Source: Planctomycetota bacterium (GTDB lineage: Bacteria > Planctomycetota > UBA8108 > JACQVS01). From it: a DNA stretch of 64,000 nt. Made by a program: the position numbers and the translations under genes. The notes beneath the pieces are model-generated. The model saw nothing but the letters and a program-made list of their open reading frames with translations. It did not search any database and had not been told where the DNA came from. Shown piece by piece: positions 63,380 through 64,000 of this stretch (positions within the stretch are counted from its first letter, which is position 1; the number at the start of each line of letters is the position of its first letter). The stretch spans positions 1,043 through 65,042 of the forward strand of contig JBFFXF010000001.1 of NCBI GenBank assembly GCA_041569895.1. Direction: 5' to 3'.

Positions 63380-64000
63380 TCAGCGTCCGCCGGCGGTCGC
63401 GGGAGCGGGCTTCCCGGGCGTGCCTTCCCGCGGCTTCCGCTGTTTTTCTCGCGGTCCCAGGCCGGTCTCCCGCGCCCACGCGTGCCACGCCGTCGAGAGG
63501 TTGTGGACCACCGCCGGATGGGTGTCGGCGATGTCGGCGGTCTCGGTGCGGTCGACCTCGAGGTCGTGCAGCTCCCACCGCTTGACGAGCTTGTCCCAGA
63601 CCAGCTTCCAGCGCCCCTCGCGCACGGCGCGGTTGCCGGTGAACTCCCAGAAGAGCATGTCGTGGCCACGCCGGGCGCCGCCGCGGAGGATCGGAAGCAG
63701 ACTGCGTCCCTCGCACGGCAGCACGTCGCGTCCGTCGAATGACGCCGGATACTCGACGCCGGCGAGCTCGCACAGCGTCGGCATGACGTCGATGATGTGG
63801 CCGATCTCGTCGGTGATCCGTCCGGCGGGGACGCGGCCCGGCCAGCGCGCGATCATCGGCGTGTTGATGCCGCCCTCGTGCATCCACGACTTGTACCGCC
63901 GGAACGGCGCGTTCTGGGCCCAGCCCCAGGCGGGGCCCACGGCGACGTAATCGTCGACCGGTCCCGGCCTGCGCTTCGACGGATCGCGTCCCCCGGGCTC
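63380..64000 (-). CDS. sulfatase (arylsulfatase-family), C-terminal part; gene continues beyond the right edge
   Basis: KSWMHEGGINTPMIARWPG (KxxxxEGGxRxP motif) and conserved sulfatase C-terminal segment. Frame is open to the window end. Confidence 0.7.
   Translation of the reverse strand, partial: EPGGRDPSKRRPGPVDDYVAVGPAWGWAQNAPFRRYKSWMHEGGINTPMIARWPGRVPAGRITDEIGHIIDVMPTLCELAGVEYPASFDGRDVLPCEGRSLLPILRGGARRGHDMLFWEFTGNRAVREGRWKLVWDKLVKRWELHDLEVDRTETADIADTHPAVVHNLSTAWHAWARETGLGPREKQRKPREGTPGKPAPATAGGR

Noticed and set aside
61824-63950. 708-aa plus-strand ORF antisense to the large secreted dockerin-tailed protein
   Set aside because: Asp/Glu/Arg-rich antisense frame. The minus-strand gene has signal peptide and dockerin-like motifs.

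Overview
High-GC (roughly 70%) bacterial chromosomal segment, densely coding on both strands. It most resembles a Gram-negative lineage with eukaryote-like signalling (Myxococcota-, Acidobacteriota-, Gemmatimonadota- or Planctomycetota-like); I could not assign the taxon. I found no rRNA or tRNA genes, no CRISPR array and no transposase or integrase. Housekeeping genes include lysA, tex, nhaA, gmhA, a PfkB heptose-kinase-like gene, an RluA pseudouridine synthase and a HAD hydrolase. The window is rich in signalling and envelope functions: three Ser/Thr kinases, one Zn-ribbon/FHA-bearing and one with an extracytoplasmic WD40 propeller, the pair flanking an ECF sigma factor, and a third convergent with an FHA-anchored M64 metallopeptidase. 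There is a histidine kinase, an oligopeptide-type ABC importer whose DppB-like permease carries a seven-blade WD40 insertion, and a roughly 22-heme c-type cytochrome. Secreted proteins include one with seven Kazal domains, an IPT/TIG-repeat protein and a large protein with dockerin-like EF-hand pairs, plus peptidases of the M14, M28 and M29 families, a transglutaminase-like protein and a sulfatase that runs off the right edge. The most unusual sequence-level signal is a family of composite intergenic elements. They are built from degenerate hexamer arrays, (CCCGTN)n and (CCGAYN)n, followed by a GA-rich GAGGACAGAGATCAGAG-type module and a conserved TTCAATCTGCGTAATCTGCGTTCCC core. These fill essentially every large convergent or terminator-side spacer, and one copy lies in frame inside a coding gene. 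A separate nested inverted-repeat element of about 410 bp sits between the STK-WD40 gene and tex, with a partial second copy 30 kb away. Many adjacent genes share ATGA or GTGA start/stop overlaps, and several starts are best explained as GTG. Product assignments rest on motif recognition by eye and should be confirmed by HMM or BLAST searches.
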